A DNA stretch of 64,000 bases from Chloroflexota bacterium (GTDB lineage: Bacteria > Chloroflexota > Anaerolineae > Anaerolineales > UBA4823): assembly GCA_029265355.1 (NCBI GenBank), contig JAJUJL010000005.1, positions 168,339 through 232,338 of the forward strand, given 5' to 3'. A program made the translations under genes and the position numbers. The notes beneath the pieces were generated by a model. The model was given only the letters and a program-made list of their open reading frames with translations. It made no database searches and was not told the origin of the DNA. Shown here one piece after another: positions 36,608-45,596 of this stretch. Within the stretch, counting starts at the first letter, position 1, and each line of letters begins with the position of its first letter.

Positions 36608-38101
36608 ATGAGTGCGCCTTCGTTGCTCGACAAAAGACTCAGCGTGCACAAGTTTGGCGGCACTTCGCTTGGTTCTGCTGAGCGATTTGCTGCCGTCGCT
36701 GACTTGCTGCTGGAGATGCAAGGCGAGCAGTCCGTTCTGCCGGTGGTGGTGGTATCAGCGATGAGCGGCGCAACCAACCAGTTGATTGCCGGGGCGCGCG
36801 CCGCGGCGGAAGGGGCAGACCAGCGCTACTGGCAGGTGAAAGCCAGCCTGTTGGAGCGCCACCTGCAGGTTGTCTCGGAACTGCTGCAGCGCCCGGCAGA
36901 GCGCCTGCAGGTCAGCGGTTGGGTGGAAGACCGCCTACACGACCTGGAGCGCCTGTACCGCAGTATCGCCGTGCTGGGTGAAGTGACCGCTCGTGGGCTG
37001 GACGCAGTCTCATCCTTCGGCGAGCTGCTCTCCAGCCATATCCTGGCGGCGGCGCTGCGCGAGCGCGGCCTGCGCGCCCAGGCCATCAGCGCCGCCGAGT
37101 TGATCGTCACCGACGATCGCTTTGGCTCAGCCCGCCCGCTGTGGCGCGAGACGCAACAGCAGGTGCAGCAGCGCCTGCGCCCGCTGCTTGAACAGGGTAT
37201 CCTGCCGGTGGTCACCGGCTACCTGGCAGCCACCCGCCAGGGCGCAATCACCACCCTGGGCCGCGGCGGCAGCGATTACTCCGCCGCTTTACTGGGAGCA
37301 GCCCTGCCGGCGAGCGAAGTGTGCATTTGGAGCGACGTGGATGGCATCCTGACGGCCGATCCCAACCTGGTGCCGGAGGCAAGCACGCTGGGCGAGTTGA
37401 CTTACGAAGACGCCGCGGCGCTGGCCTATTTCGGGGCTGATGTGCTGCACCCCAAGACCATCCGCCCGGTAGCCGCCGCGGGTATTCCGCTGCGCTTATT
37501 GAACAGCTTCAACCCGAGTCATCCGGGCACACTGGTTTGGGCGCCAGCCCGTCCGGGGCGCAGCGAACAGGCGGCAAAGGATCGCCGGATAGCCATCATT
37601 TCCTCCAACGGCCTGGCCTTGATCCGCCTGGGTAGTTCGGACGACTCCTGGAACCCACTGCTCGCCTCGCGCGCTTTGCAATGCCTGGGCGCCTCCGGAT
37701 TGGATGTGCCCATGTTCTCGCAGTCGTTCTCTGAGCATAGCCTGAACCTGGTGGTGAGGCAGCAGGATCAAGAACACTGCCTCAAACTGCTGGAGGAGGC
37801 CTTTGGCAGCGAGCTGGCTGGCAAAGGAGAGGATGCCAATGGCTTCCACCTCGATGTTCGGCTGGAAGTAGCCACCGTATCTGTGGTCGGGATACCGCGT
37901 GGGCGGGATGATGGTTTGATTGCGCGCGCCTTCACTGCCCTTGGTCGCCAGGGCACGCGTGTGATTGCCGTGGCGCAGTCGAGCGGGGAAAGCTCGGTCT
38001 CTTTTTGCATCCCTGCAGAACAACTGGCGGCTACGGTGCGCGGCCTGCACACCGATTTGGGACTAGCGGTTCCGGACGCCTCTGTATTGAGACATGCCTA
38101 A
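36608..38101 (+). CDS. Aspartate kinase with two ACT domains
   Basis: KFGGTSLG, VVSAMSGATN, TTLGRGGSDYSA, SDVDGILTADP, VLHPKT. Confidence 0.93.
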   Translation: MSAPSLLDKRLSVHKFGGTSLGSAERFAAVADLLLEMQGEQSVLPVVVVSAMSGATNQLIAGARAAAEGADQRYWQVKASLLERHLQVVSELLQRPAERLQVSGWVEDRLHDLERLYRSIAVLGEVTARGLDAVSSFGELLSSHILAAALRERGLRAQAISAAELIVTDDRFGSARPLWRETQQQVQQRLRPLLEQGILPVVTGYLAATRQGAITTLGRGGSDYSAALLGAALPASEVCIWSDVDGILTADPNLVPEASTLGELTYEDAAALAYFGADVLHPKTIRPVAAAGIPLRLLNSFNPSHPGTLVWAPARPGRSEQAAKDRRIAIISSNGLALIRLGSSDDSWNPLLASRALQCLGASGLDVPMFSQSFSEHSLNLVVRQQDQEHCLKLLEEAFGSELAGKGEDANGFHLDVRLEVATVSVVGIPRGRDDGLIARAFTALGRQGTRVIAVAQSSGESSVSFCIPAEQLAATVRGLHTDLGLAVPDASVLRHA

Positions 38102-39354
38102 TCAGCGGTGGCTCCCGCCAGCACCGGCTCATCGCCATTGTAGTTGCGCAACTGCGGCCAGCGGCGAGAAATCCACCCCACCGCCAGCAAGCAGCCCACC
38201 CCGCCGGAAATGATGGCAGCCGGCGCGCCGAAGAGCTGCGCCACCAGCCCGGCCTCGATCTCGCCCAACTGCGGCCCGCCCATGAAGAAGATCTGGTTGA
38301 CGCTAGTCATGCGCCCGCGGATATGGTCGGGGGTCTGGAGTTGGCGGATGGTGTTGCGGATGATGGTGCTGACCGAATCCGATGCGCCGATCCAGGCCAG
38401 GGCGATCATCGCCAATGGAAAGCTGCGTGCAAAGCCAAAGGCGACCGTCGCCAGGCCGAAGGAAACCACCGCCCACAGGAAGATCGGTCCCTGGCGGCGC
38501 AGTTGGTCAACCTGGGAGACCACCAGCGCGGCGATCACTGCGCCGATGGATTGGGCCGCCGAGAGCCAGCCGTACTCCACCGCGCCCACATTGAGAATAT
38601 CGCGCGCCACGATCGGCATCAGCGTGTTGGCGGATGAAAAGAAGGTGGCGAAGAAATCTATCAGCATGGTGGATAAGATAATGGGATGGGCGACGATGAA
38701 GCGCAGCCCCTCCTGGATGGCGCCCAGGCTGACGCCGCGGCGCCGGTCGCCTACAATCTGTTGCGGCACAGCGCCCATGGCGATCAATGCCAGGATCACT
38801 CCCAGGTAGCTAACGGCGTTGAAGAAGTAAGTGTAAGCCTGTCCCAGGTAAGCGATTACCAGCCCGCTCAAGGCTGGACCCAGGATGGCGCCGGTCTGAA
38901 AAGCAATCGAAGTCAGGCTGAAGGCGTTGGAAAGATCTTTAGCGGGCACCAGGTTGGGCACCAGCGCCTGGCGCGCCGGGGTGTCGAAGGCTACAGCCGT
39001 CGCCTGGACAGCCGTCAGAATGTACAGGTGCCACAAGGTCACGCTGCCGGTGAAGGTGAAGTAGGCCAGCGCCAGGGCGCTGAAAGCCATCACGCTCTGG
39101 CTGATGAACAACAGCTTGCGGCGGTTGACCACGTCGGCCATGGCGCCGCCGATCAGCGAGAAGATGACGATGGGCAGGATACGCGCCAATCCCACCCCAC
39201 CCAGGGCAATGGGTTGGTCGGTCAGCGTGCGGATGTGCCAGAACAGCGCCCAGGTTTGCATCTGGGTGCCAGCGATCGAGAACATCAATCCGAACCACAG
39301 GTAGCGGAAGCGGGGGTAACGCAAAGCAGGGGGGATGTGGAAAGAAAAGGACAT
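38098..39354 (-). CDS. MFS transporter (DHA3/EntS-like)
   Basis: About 12 TMs; GGAMADVVNRRK, FDTPARQALVPNLV. Confidence 0.9.
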   Translation of the reverse strand: MSFSFHIPPALRYPRFRYLWFGLMFSIAGTQMQTWALFWHIRTLTDQPIALGGVGLARILPIVIFSLIGGAMADVVNRRKLLFISQSVMAFSALALAYFTFTGSVTLWHLYILTAVQATAVAFDTPARQALVPNLVPAKDLSNAFSLTSIAFQTGAILGPALSGLVIAYLGQAYTYFFNAVSYLGVILALIAMGAVPQQIVGDRRRGVSLGAIQEGLRFIVAHPIILSTMLIDFFATFFSSANTLMPIVARDILNVGAVEYGWLSAAQSIGAVIAALVVSQVDQLRRQGPIFLWAVVSFGLATVAFGFARSFPLAMIALAWIGASDSVSTIIRNTIRQLQTPDHIRGRMTSVNQIFFMGGPQLGEIEAGLVAQLFGAPAAIISGGVGCLLAVGWISRRWPQLRNYNGDEPVLAGATAD

Positions 39355-39407
39355 TGGAAGATACTTTCAGGGAAGGGAGATGGGCAGGTTAAGCGCCTGC
39401 CGGTCTG

Positions 39408-40109
39408 TCAGCCGCTGCCCGAGCTGGCCAGCACATCAAAGATTTGCCCGTTGATAGCGCCGGCTTGCGGTGAGCATAAGAACAGCGCCAGCCCGGTCAC
39501 CGCCTCCGGATCACCCTCGGTTTCAGCCGGCGGAGCAGCGCTGGCAAGCGGCATACCACCGGGACAGATGGCATTGACGCGTATGTTGAAGGACGATAAC
39601 TCGTGCGCCGCCTGGCGGGTCAGCTCAGACAGCGCTGCTTTACTGGCAGCATAGGCGGCGTAATTGGGTTGCCTTGTGGCGACCCCTGTGATATTGAGAA
39701 TTGCGCCGCCGCCCCGCTCTTTCATCACGCGCCCAATAGATTGGATCAAGTAGAACGGGCCGTTCAGGTTGACATCAAGGGTGCGCAGCCAATCCCACTC
39801 GTCCATCTCCAGGATGGCGAGGCGCGGCTTGACCGCGGCGTTATTGACCAGCACATCGATGCGCCCGTACTGCTCGCGCACCTGCTCCACCAACCCCTGC
39901 ACGGGCATCTTCTTGGCGATGTCGAAGATGAAAGGCTGGCAGAAACCGCCGCTCGCCTCAGCCAGGCGCACAGTCTCATCCAGGTTGATTGGCGTCAGGT
40001 CGTTGGCTGCTACGGTTGCGCCGTGTGCGGCGAACGCCAGCGCCAGGGCGCGACCCAGCCCGCGCCCCGCGCCGGTGACGAGCACTACCTGGTTGGTGAA
40101 GTCGTACAC
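39408..40109 (-). CDS. SDR family oxidoreductase
   Basis: VTGAGRGLG, LVNNAA, YAASK, RVNAICPG. GAAGGAG RBS before GTG 40109. Confidence 0.9.
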   Translation of the reverse strand: MYDFTNQVVLVTGAGRGLGRALALAFAAHGATVAANDLTPINLDETVRLAEASGGFCQPFIFDIAKKMPVQGLVEQVREQYGRIDVLVNNAAVKPRLAILEMDEWDWLRTLDVNLNGPFYLIQSIGRVMKERGGGAILNITGVATRQPNYAAYAASKAALSELTRQAAHELSSFNIRVNAICPGGMPLASAAPPAETEGDPEAVTGLALFLCSPQAGAINGQIFDVLASSGSG

Positions 40110-40237
40110 GCTGTCTCCTTCGTGGATGACAAACCGCAAAGGCCTGTTACACCTGCAGTGCGTTGGTCGGTAAGGCAGACCTTTGGGATTTTCTGCTCGA
40201 TGCCGGTGGTAATTATACTCCCGGGTTGAGCAAGTCA

Positions 40238-40284
40238 GAGCTGTCAGCTCGTCCGGGGTGGATGGGCAAGTTGTCAGCTTGCCC
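40238..40284. repeat. REP-like hairpin doublet (copy B)
   Basis: GAGCTGTCAGCTCGTCC-GGGGTGGAT-GGGCAAGTTGTCAGCTTGCCC; 19/20 nt core identity with the reverse complement of 4479-4498. Confidence 0.6.
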
Positions 40285-40338
40285 TATTTCTTGTCATGCA
40301 AGACGCCAATGAATGATCCCGCCGTGGGAAAGTGGTAA

Positions 40339-40569
40339 GATCAATACGACAGCGAGGGTCAGCGGGGTAAGACGATCATCGAAGGGACGCTCAACGACAC
40401 GGTGATTACCGACCTGGGCAACGACTACGAAGTCGAGACGATTGGCAGCGCAATCACTCCCTGCAAAGTCTACTACGCGGGCGCTCAGCGGCTGGCCATG
40501 CGAACTGGCAGCGGGACGGAGATGAGCGGTTTGCAATGGATGATCGGCTTTAGATGTGGGAGCCTGTAA
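40339..40569 (+). pseudogene. RHS/YD-repeat core remnant
   Basis: DQYDSEGQRGKTII...TDLGNDYEVE...KVYYAGAQRLAMRTGSG...LQWMIGFRCGSL*; no start codon. Confidence 0.7.
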
Positions 40570-40632
40570 GCCGATTTTTAGGGGGCAGGGTGGTTTGACA
40601 ACGAAGGTATAATCTGCGCTGGAGGACAAACG

Positions 40633-41016
40633 ATGCATAAACTGGTCATTCTGATCGAATCGTTGCCGGATCAAACTGCCTTCGACGAAGCCTGGCCTCA
40701 ATTTCTACACGCCGCGGAAGGCATGCCTGGCTTGATCAGCGAGTCTACCAGCCGGGTGGATGTATTCCTGTTTGGCAGTTATTCAGTGAGCATGGTGCAC
40801 GAGCTGTATTTTGACACTCCCGAGCAGGCGCGGGAAGCGATGGCCTCGCCCCAGGGACGCCTGGCAGGACGCCTGCTGCAAGCCATGACCGGCGGTAAGG
40901 TGACGTTATTTTTAGCGGATCACAAACAGGATAAGCTGGAAAACATCCGCAAACACCTCACAGCCGAGCTTTCTGAAGCCGCTGCCAATTCCGGCGAGAC
41001 GCAGGCAGGCGCCTAG
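40633..41016 (+). CDS. EthD-like protein
   Basis: MHKLVILI..P.DQTAFDEAW...ELYFDT..AREAMASPQG. Confidence 0.75.
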   Translation: MHKLVILIESLPDQTAFDEAWPQFLHAAEGMPGLISESTSRVDVFLFGSYSVSMVHELYFDTPEQAREAMASPQGRLAGRLLQAMTGGKVTLFLADHKQDKLENIRKHLTAELSEAAANSGETQAGA

Positions 41017-41017
41017 T

Positions 41018-41776
41018 ATGCTGCGCTCCGGATGCCTGCGCCTGTTGGCGGGCGCGGTGGTGGTGCTGCTGCTGGTGGGCGCTTACGGGTTCTTCACCAG
41101 CTTTCATTCCGGTGCAGCAGGAGCAAGCCTGGTCAGCAGCCTGAGCCGGTCTGGGCGAGTGCTGGCTTACCTCCGCGATCCCGAAGAGCACCGCGAGTGG
41201 GCCTGGCAGGCTGGCAGCCGTTGCGCGCTCACCCCGAATGGACCGTCAGCGCCGTTTATCCTGCCAACGGATGGCTTTGCCGGCTACCTGTGGGATGATT
41301 CTTTCCGCCCCGGGCATCGCCACCAGGGGATCGATATCTTCGGCGGCAGCGATGTGGGCGTCACGCCTGTGCTGGCAGCCTATCCGGGTTACCTGACCCG
41401 ACTGCCAGACTGGAAATCCACCGTGATTATTCGCATTCCCGAAGATCCCTTGCTGCCGGGTCGCCAGATCTGGACCTATTACACCCACATGGCGGATGCC
41501 CAGGGAAACTCTTACGTGGATGCCGCTTTTCCACCGGGGACGGTTGAGCAGTACGTGGAAGCCGGAACGCTCCTGGGATACCAGGGGAATTTCTCCGGCG
41601 ATCCTGGCAACCCGGTCGGGGTGCACCTGCATTTTTCGATCGTGTTGGATGACGGCGCTGGTCGCTTCCGCAACGAGCTGGAGATCGCCAATACGCTGGA
41701 TCCTTCCCCGTATTTGGGTTTGCCGCTCAACGCGCGCACCAACCAGGATCAAATTCCCGTTTGCCAGGCAGAGTGA
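41018..41776 (+). CDS. M23 family metallopeptidase
   Basis: HQGIDIFG (HxxxD), YYTHM, VHLHF (HxH); N-terminal signal or TM. Confidence 0.88.
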   Translation: MLRSGCLRLLAGAVVVLLLVGAYGFFTSFHSGAAGASLVSSLSRSGRVLAYLRDPEEHREWAWQAGSRCALTPNGPSAPFILPTDGFAGYLWDDSFRPGHRHQGIDIFGGSDVGVTPVLAAYPGYLTRLPDWKSTVIIRIPEDPLLPGRQIWTYYTHMADAQGNSYVDAAFPPGTVEQYVEAGTLLGYQGNFSGDPGNPVGVHLHFSIVLDDGAGRFRNELEIANTLDPSPYLGLPLNARTNQDQIPVCQAE

Positions 41777-41800
41777 AAGCCGGTTGAGGCAGCGGGTGGA

Positions 41801-44020
41801 TCAATAAGCTCGCCGCAGGCGCCAGTCCAGGGCGGTGTGCCGTTGGGCAACGCGATTGTTGCCCACGGCGATGTGGATCGCCCGGCGGCTGCCGACCAGC
41901 ACACACAGTTTTTTGGCGCGCGTCACCGCAGTGTACAGCAAATTGCGCTGCAGCATGAGGTAATGCGCCGTCACCAGCGGGATGACCACCGCTGGAAACT
42001 CCGAGCCCTGCGCTTTGTGCACCGAAACGGCGTAAGCCAGCACCAGTTGATCGGCCTCGCTCCAGTCATACAGGGCTTGCTGTTCATCGAAGCGCACGGT
42101 CAGAGTGTGGTTGGTGGGATCGAATCCGGTCACGATGCCAATATCCCCGTTGTAGACATCCTTGTCGTAGTTGTTCTGCACCTGCATCACCTTGTCGCCC
42201 AGGCGAAAGGTCTGTCCGAACAGTTTTTTTTCTGCCTTGAGCGGAGAAGCCGGATTGAGCACCGCCTGAAGGCGCTCGTTTAGGGCGGTAACGCCGGCTG
42301 GGCCGCGGTACATCGGCGCTAATACCTGCACATCCTGGCTGGGGTCCAGGCCAAAACGTTCCGGTATGCGCCGGCAAACCACGTCTTCCACCCATTCAGC
42401 CGCCTGATCGGCAGATTCGGCGGGGAACAGATAGAAATCCTGGCTGTCCTTGGAGAATTCCGGCATCTCCCCGCGGTTGATGCGGTGGGCGTTTTCGATG
42501 ATCTGTGAGCCGGCAGCCTGGCGGAAGATGGTGCTCAGGCGTGTCACGGGAGCGACGCCGCTGCGGATGACATCGCGCAGCACATCGCCGGGGCCCACCG
42601 ATGGAAGCTGGTCGACGTCGCCCACCAGCAGCAAATGCATGCCCGGCTGCAGGGCTTTGAGCAGATTGTAGAAGAGCGTCAGCTCCAGCATCGAGGTTTC
42701 GTCGACCACCAGGAAATCGATCGCCAGCGGATTTTCGGCGTTGTGTTTGAAGCCTTCTCCCGGCGAAAAGCCCAATAAACGGTGCAGCGTGCTGGCTGGA
42801 CGCCCAGTGGCCTCGGACAGGCGCTTGGCGGCTCTGCCGGTTGGAGAGGCCAGGGCGTAACGCTTGTGAGATTCTTCCAGGACACGGATCAAAGCCCGGA
42901 TGCAGGTGGTTTTGCCGGTGCCCGGACCGCCAGTGAGCACGCTCACCGGGTTGCCCAGGGCAGTGCGGATGGCTTGCTGCTGTTCGCCAGATAAGCTGGC
43001 CTCCAGCGCCAGCAGGGCGGGTGGAATATCGCTCAGCCGGGAGGGGAAGGCGGCTGCCAGGGAGGCCAGTTTTTCGGCTGCGCCCACCTCGCTGTAAAAC
43101 AAGGGCGTCAGGTAAACCGCAGAGCCTCCATAGGGAGCGGCGGTTTCGCTCACTGCACCTGTTTTGGATGGCTGGCCCTGGTCTACCGGCACGGCGTCCC
43201 GGTGGATGCGCTGCTGGCTTTCCAGGCGGGCCAGCGCAGGCGGTATCATCTCGGCCTCCACACCCAACAGGCTGGCAGCCTGCTCCGTGAGCGCATCGGC
43301 CGGTGCATACACATTGCCCTGCTCGCTGGCTTCGTTCAGGCTGTAAACCAGCCCGGCTTCGATGCGCGAGGGGTGATCCTGCGGCAGCCCTAAGGATTGT
43401 GCAATGCGGTCGGCGGTCTTGAATCCGATGCCGAAAATATCGCGCGCCAACCGGTATGGGTCGCTCTGCACGATCGCCAGGGCCTGGTCGCCGTACTGTT
43501 TGTAAATTTTGACCGCCAGGTTGGTGCTGATATTGTGAGCATGCAAGAAGAGCATGATCTCTTTCACCTGGCGCTGCTCATCCCAGGCGGCAGCGATCAG
43601 GGCGGCGCGGTGCGGGCCAATGTCAGCGACTTCCTTCAACCGCTCCGGCTGGTTCTCGATTACTTCCAACGTCTTGGCGCCAAAGAAATCCACGATGCGA
43701 TCCGCCAGCTTGGGACCGATGCCCTTGATCAGGCCGGAGCCCAGGTAGCGGCGAATGCCCGCCACCGTGGCGGGCAAGGTCTGTTCGCAGTATTCAACCT
43801 GGAATTGCTGCCCATGCTTGGGGTGGCTCAGCCAATGGCCTTTCAGGCGCAGGTTTTCTCCCGGCGAAAGCTCCGGCAGGTTGCCGACCACGGTCACCAG
43901 GCCATCTCGGTTTTGACCAGGCAGGCGCAGATTGCGCTCTGGGCGCAGGCGCAGGACACTGTACCCGGTTTCAGGATTGTAGAAGGTGACCCGCTCTACT
44001 GAGCCGGAAAGCTCATCCAT
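41801..44020 (-). CDS. recD2: RecD2-like ATP-dependent helicase
   Basis: HhH region (IKGIGPK), TGGPGTGKTT, ASPTGRAAKR, VDETSM, VGDVDQL, HKAQGSEF, LYTAVTRAK. Confidence 0.95.
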   Translation of the reverse strand: MDELSGSVERVTFYNPETGYSVLRLRPERNLRLPGQNRDGLVTVVGNLPELSPGENLRLKGHWLSHPKHGQQFQVEYCEQTLPATVAGIRRYLGSGLIKGIGPKLADRIVDFFGAKTLEVIENQPERLKEVADIGPHRAALIAAAWDEQRQVKEIMLFLHAHNISTNLAVKIYKQYGDQALAIVQSDPYRLARDIFGIGFKTADRIAQSLGLPQDHPSRIEAGLVYSLNEASEQGNVYAPADALTEQAASLLGVEAEMIPPALARLESQQRIHRDAVPVDQGQPSKTGAVSETAAPYGGSAVYLTPLFYSEVGAAEKLASLAAAFPSRLSDIPPALLALEASLSGEQQQAIRTALGNPVSVLTGGPGTGKTTCIRALIRVLEESHKRYALASPTGRAAKRLSEATGRPASTLHRLLGFSPGEGFKHNAENPLAIDFLVVDETSMLELTLFYNLLKALQPGMHLLLVGDVDQLPSVGPGDVLRDVIRSGVAPVTRLSTIFRQAAGSQIIENAHRINRGEMPEFSKDSQDFYLFPAESADQAAEWVEDVVCRRIPERFGLDPSQDVQVLAPMYRGPAGVTALNERLQAVLNPASPLKAEKKLFGQTFRLGDKVMQVQNNYDKDVYNGDIGIVTGFDPTNHTLTVRFDEQQALYDWSEADQLVLAYAVSVHKAQGSEFPAVVIPLVTAHYLMLQRNLLYTAVTRAKKLCVLVGSRRAIHIAVGNNRVAQRHTALDWRLRRAY

Positions 44021-44032
44021 TTCCTTGCGGTT

Positions 44033-45448
44033 CTAGGGCATCGGGTTGGAAGCCGCCCAATCTGTGCCCAGGATGACGACCACATCCACCTGGCTGGTGG
44101 GATCATAGCGGCTGAACAAGCGCGTGGGTTGAATGTTCATTAACTCCATCAGGTACTTGACCGTATAGGGCTTACCGGTGTAATCGAAGATGGTGGTGTT
44201 GGTATAAAGTTGCTCGGCATTGCCGGCTTCCCCAACGCTCAATCCCTGGCTTTGCAAGAACTCGCTGGTGCGCGCTGCCAGGCCAGCGGTGGAAGAGCCG
44301 TTGAGCACGGATAAGCGCGGCGCTTCTGCGATTGCCAGTTCAAGCGGCGACTGGCTGCCAGCCAGGGGGCTGATCGGCTCAGAGCCAAAGAAAACTGCGT
44401 CGCGCGTCTCGCGAATTTTGTCGGCGATCGGCTTCAATACCTGGTCGCCTTCGACGGTGGTGACCAACAGAACCTGGTCTGGCGGGGCGATCACGCCGCG
44501 GCGAATGTTGTCGGGGGGGATCTGTTGCGCCAGCCAGGCAAGCTGGATCGCCTGCTCGAGTGACAGGTTGGTATTGATTCCGGAGGCGATTTCCTGGTAA
44601 AGCTGCGGCGCTTTGGAAATCAGCGTGGGCAGCATATCTCGGCTGGCGATGCGGTTGCGGATGGCCATGATCACCTGCTGTTGGCGCTGGGCGCGATCAA
44701 AGTCTCCGCCTTCGGTCTTGCGCGCCCGGGCGTAGGCCAGGGCCAGCTCGCCGGGCAGGGTCTGTACCCCGGGCTGCAGGGTTTTGGTGTTGTTATCCCC
44801 CAGCGGGTCGATGGTGATGCGTTCAGGCACATCGATCTTAACGCCGCCGATCTCATCGATGAAGCGCACAAAAGCGCCAAAGTCCACCTGGGCGTAGTAG
44901 TCAATGGGCACACCCAGCAGCTCTTCCACGGTTGCCATGGCCAGGCCGGGTCCCCCACCGGGCACTTCGAAGGCGATGCCCAGACTGTACGCTGTGTTGA
45001 TGCGCCCATACTCAAACCCGGGGATATTGACCCACAGGTCACGCGGGATGGACATCATCCCGGCGGTGCGCGTGAGGGGATCCAGGGTCAACAGCATCAT
45101 TGTGTCGGTGCGCGGCGCGCCCTCGCCGGCTTCCCAGTCGCGGTAATCCAGCCCCATCACCAGCACTGTCACGCGGCTGGCTCCATCCCAGGGCTGTGGC
45201 GTGGGACCGCTGGGGGGCTGCAGCGGGGTCTGGGGATTATCGACGATGACAGCGCCTTGGGGCGTCTCCGTTGGCTCGACGATGGCGATGCCTGGCAGCG
45301 AGGTGAGTTCCCAGGAGACGACCAGGTCGCGCACGATGATGAAGGTCAGCACGCCGGCGATGACGGCGGCGATCAGGAATGCAATGATCACCGCCAGCGT
45401 GAGCCGGCGCGTGATCGGATTTTTTACTTCAGGTGTGAGACGATTCAT
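44033..45448 (-). CDS. LytR-CpsA-Psr (LCP) family protein with LytR_C domain
   Basis: RTDTMMLL, SIPRDLWV, LAYARARK..GDFDRAQRQQ; C-terminal VLNGSSTAGLA. Confidence 0.92.
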   Translation of the reverse strand: MNRLTPEVKNPITRRLTLAVIIAFLIAAVIAGVLTFIIVRDLVVSWELTSLPGIAIVEPTETPQGAVIVDNPQTPLQPPSGPTPQPWDGASRVTVLVMGLDYRDWEAGEGAPRTDTMMLLTLDPLTRTAGMMSIPRDLWVNIPGFEYGRINTAYSLGIAFEVPGGGPGLAMATVEELLGVPIDYYAQVDFGAFVRFIDEIGGVKIDVPERITIDPLGDNNTKTLQPGVQTLPGELALAYARARKTEGGDFDRAQRQQQVIMAIRNRIASRDMLPTLISKAPQLYQEIASGINTNLSLEQAIQLAWLAQQIPPDNIRRGVIAPPDQVLLVTTVEGDQVLKPIADKIRETRDAVFFGSEPISPLAGSQSPLELAIAEAPRLSVLNGSSTAGLAARTSEFLQSQGLSVGEAGNAEQLYTNTTIFDYTGKPYTVKYLMELMNIQPTRLFSRYDPTSQVDVVVILGTDWAASNPMP

Positions 45449-45596
45449 ATCCTAAGCCTTGTGGCAGTCGAATGCTCGGGCTGCCGGAATCTCCCCTTGG
45501 AAAGGGGGTAAGGGGATTATAATGTCCGAAAGCGCCCCTGGCAAGCGCATCTGTAATGCCACCGTCAGCAGGCGCATAGGGATATCGAATTCGCTT

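Noticed and set aside
40294-40701. 135-aa minus-strand ORF
   Set aside because: Antisense to the RHS remnant and the EthD start; no recognisable domain.
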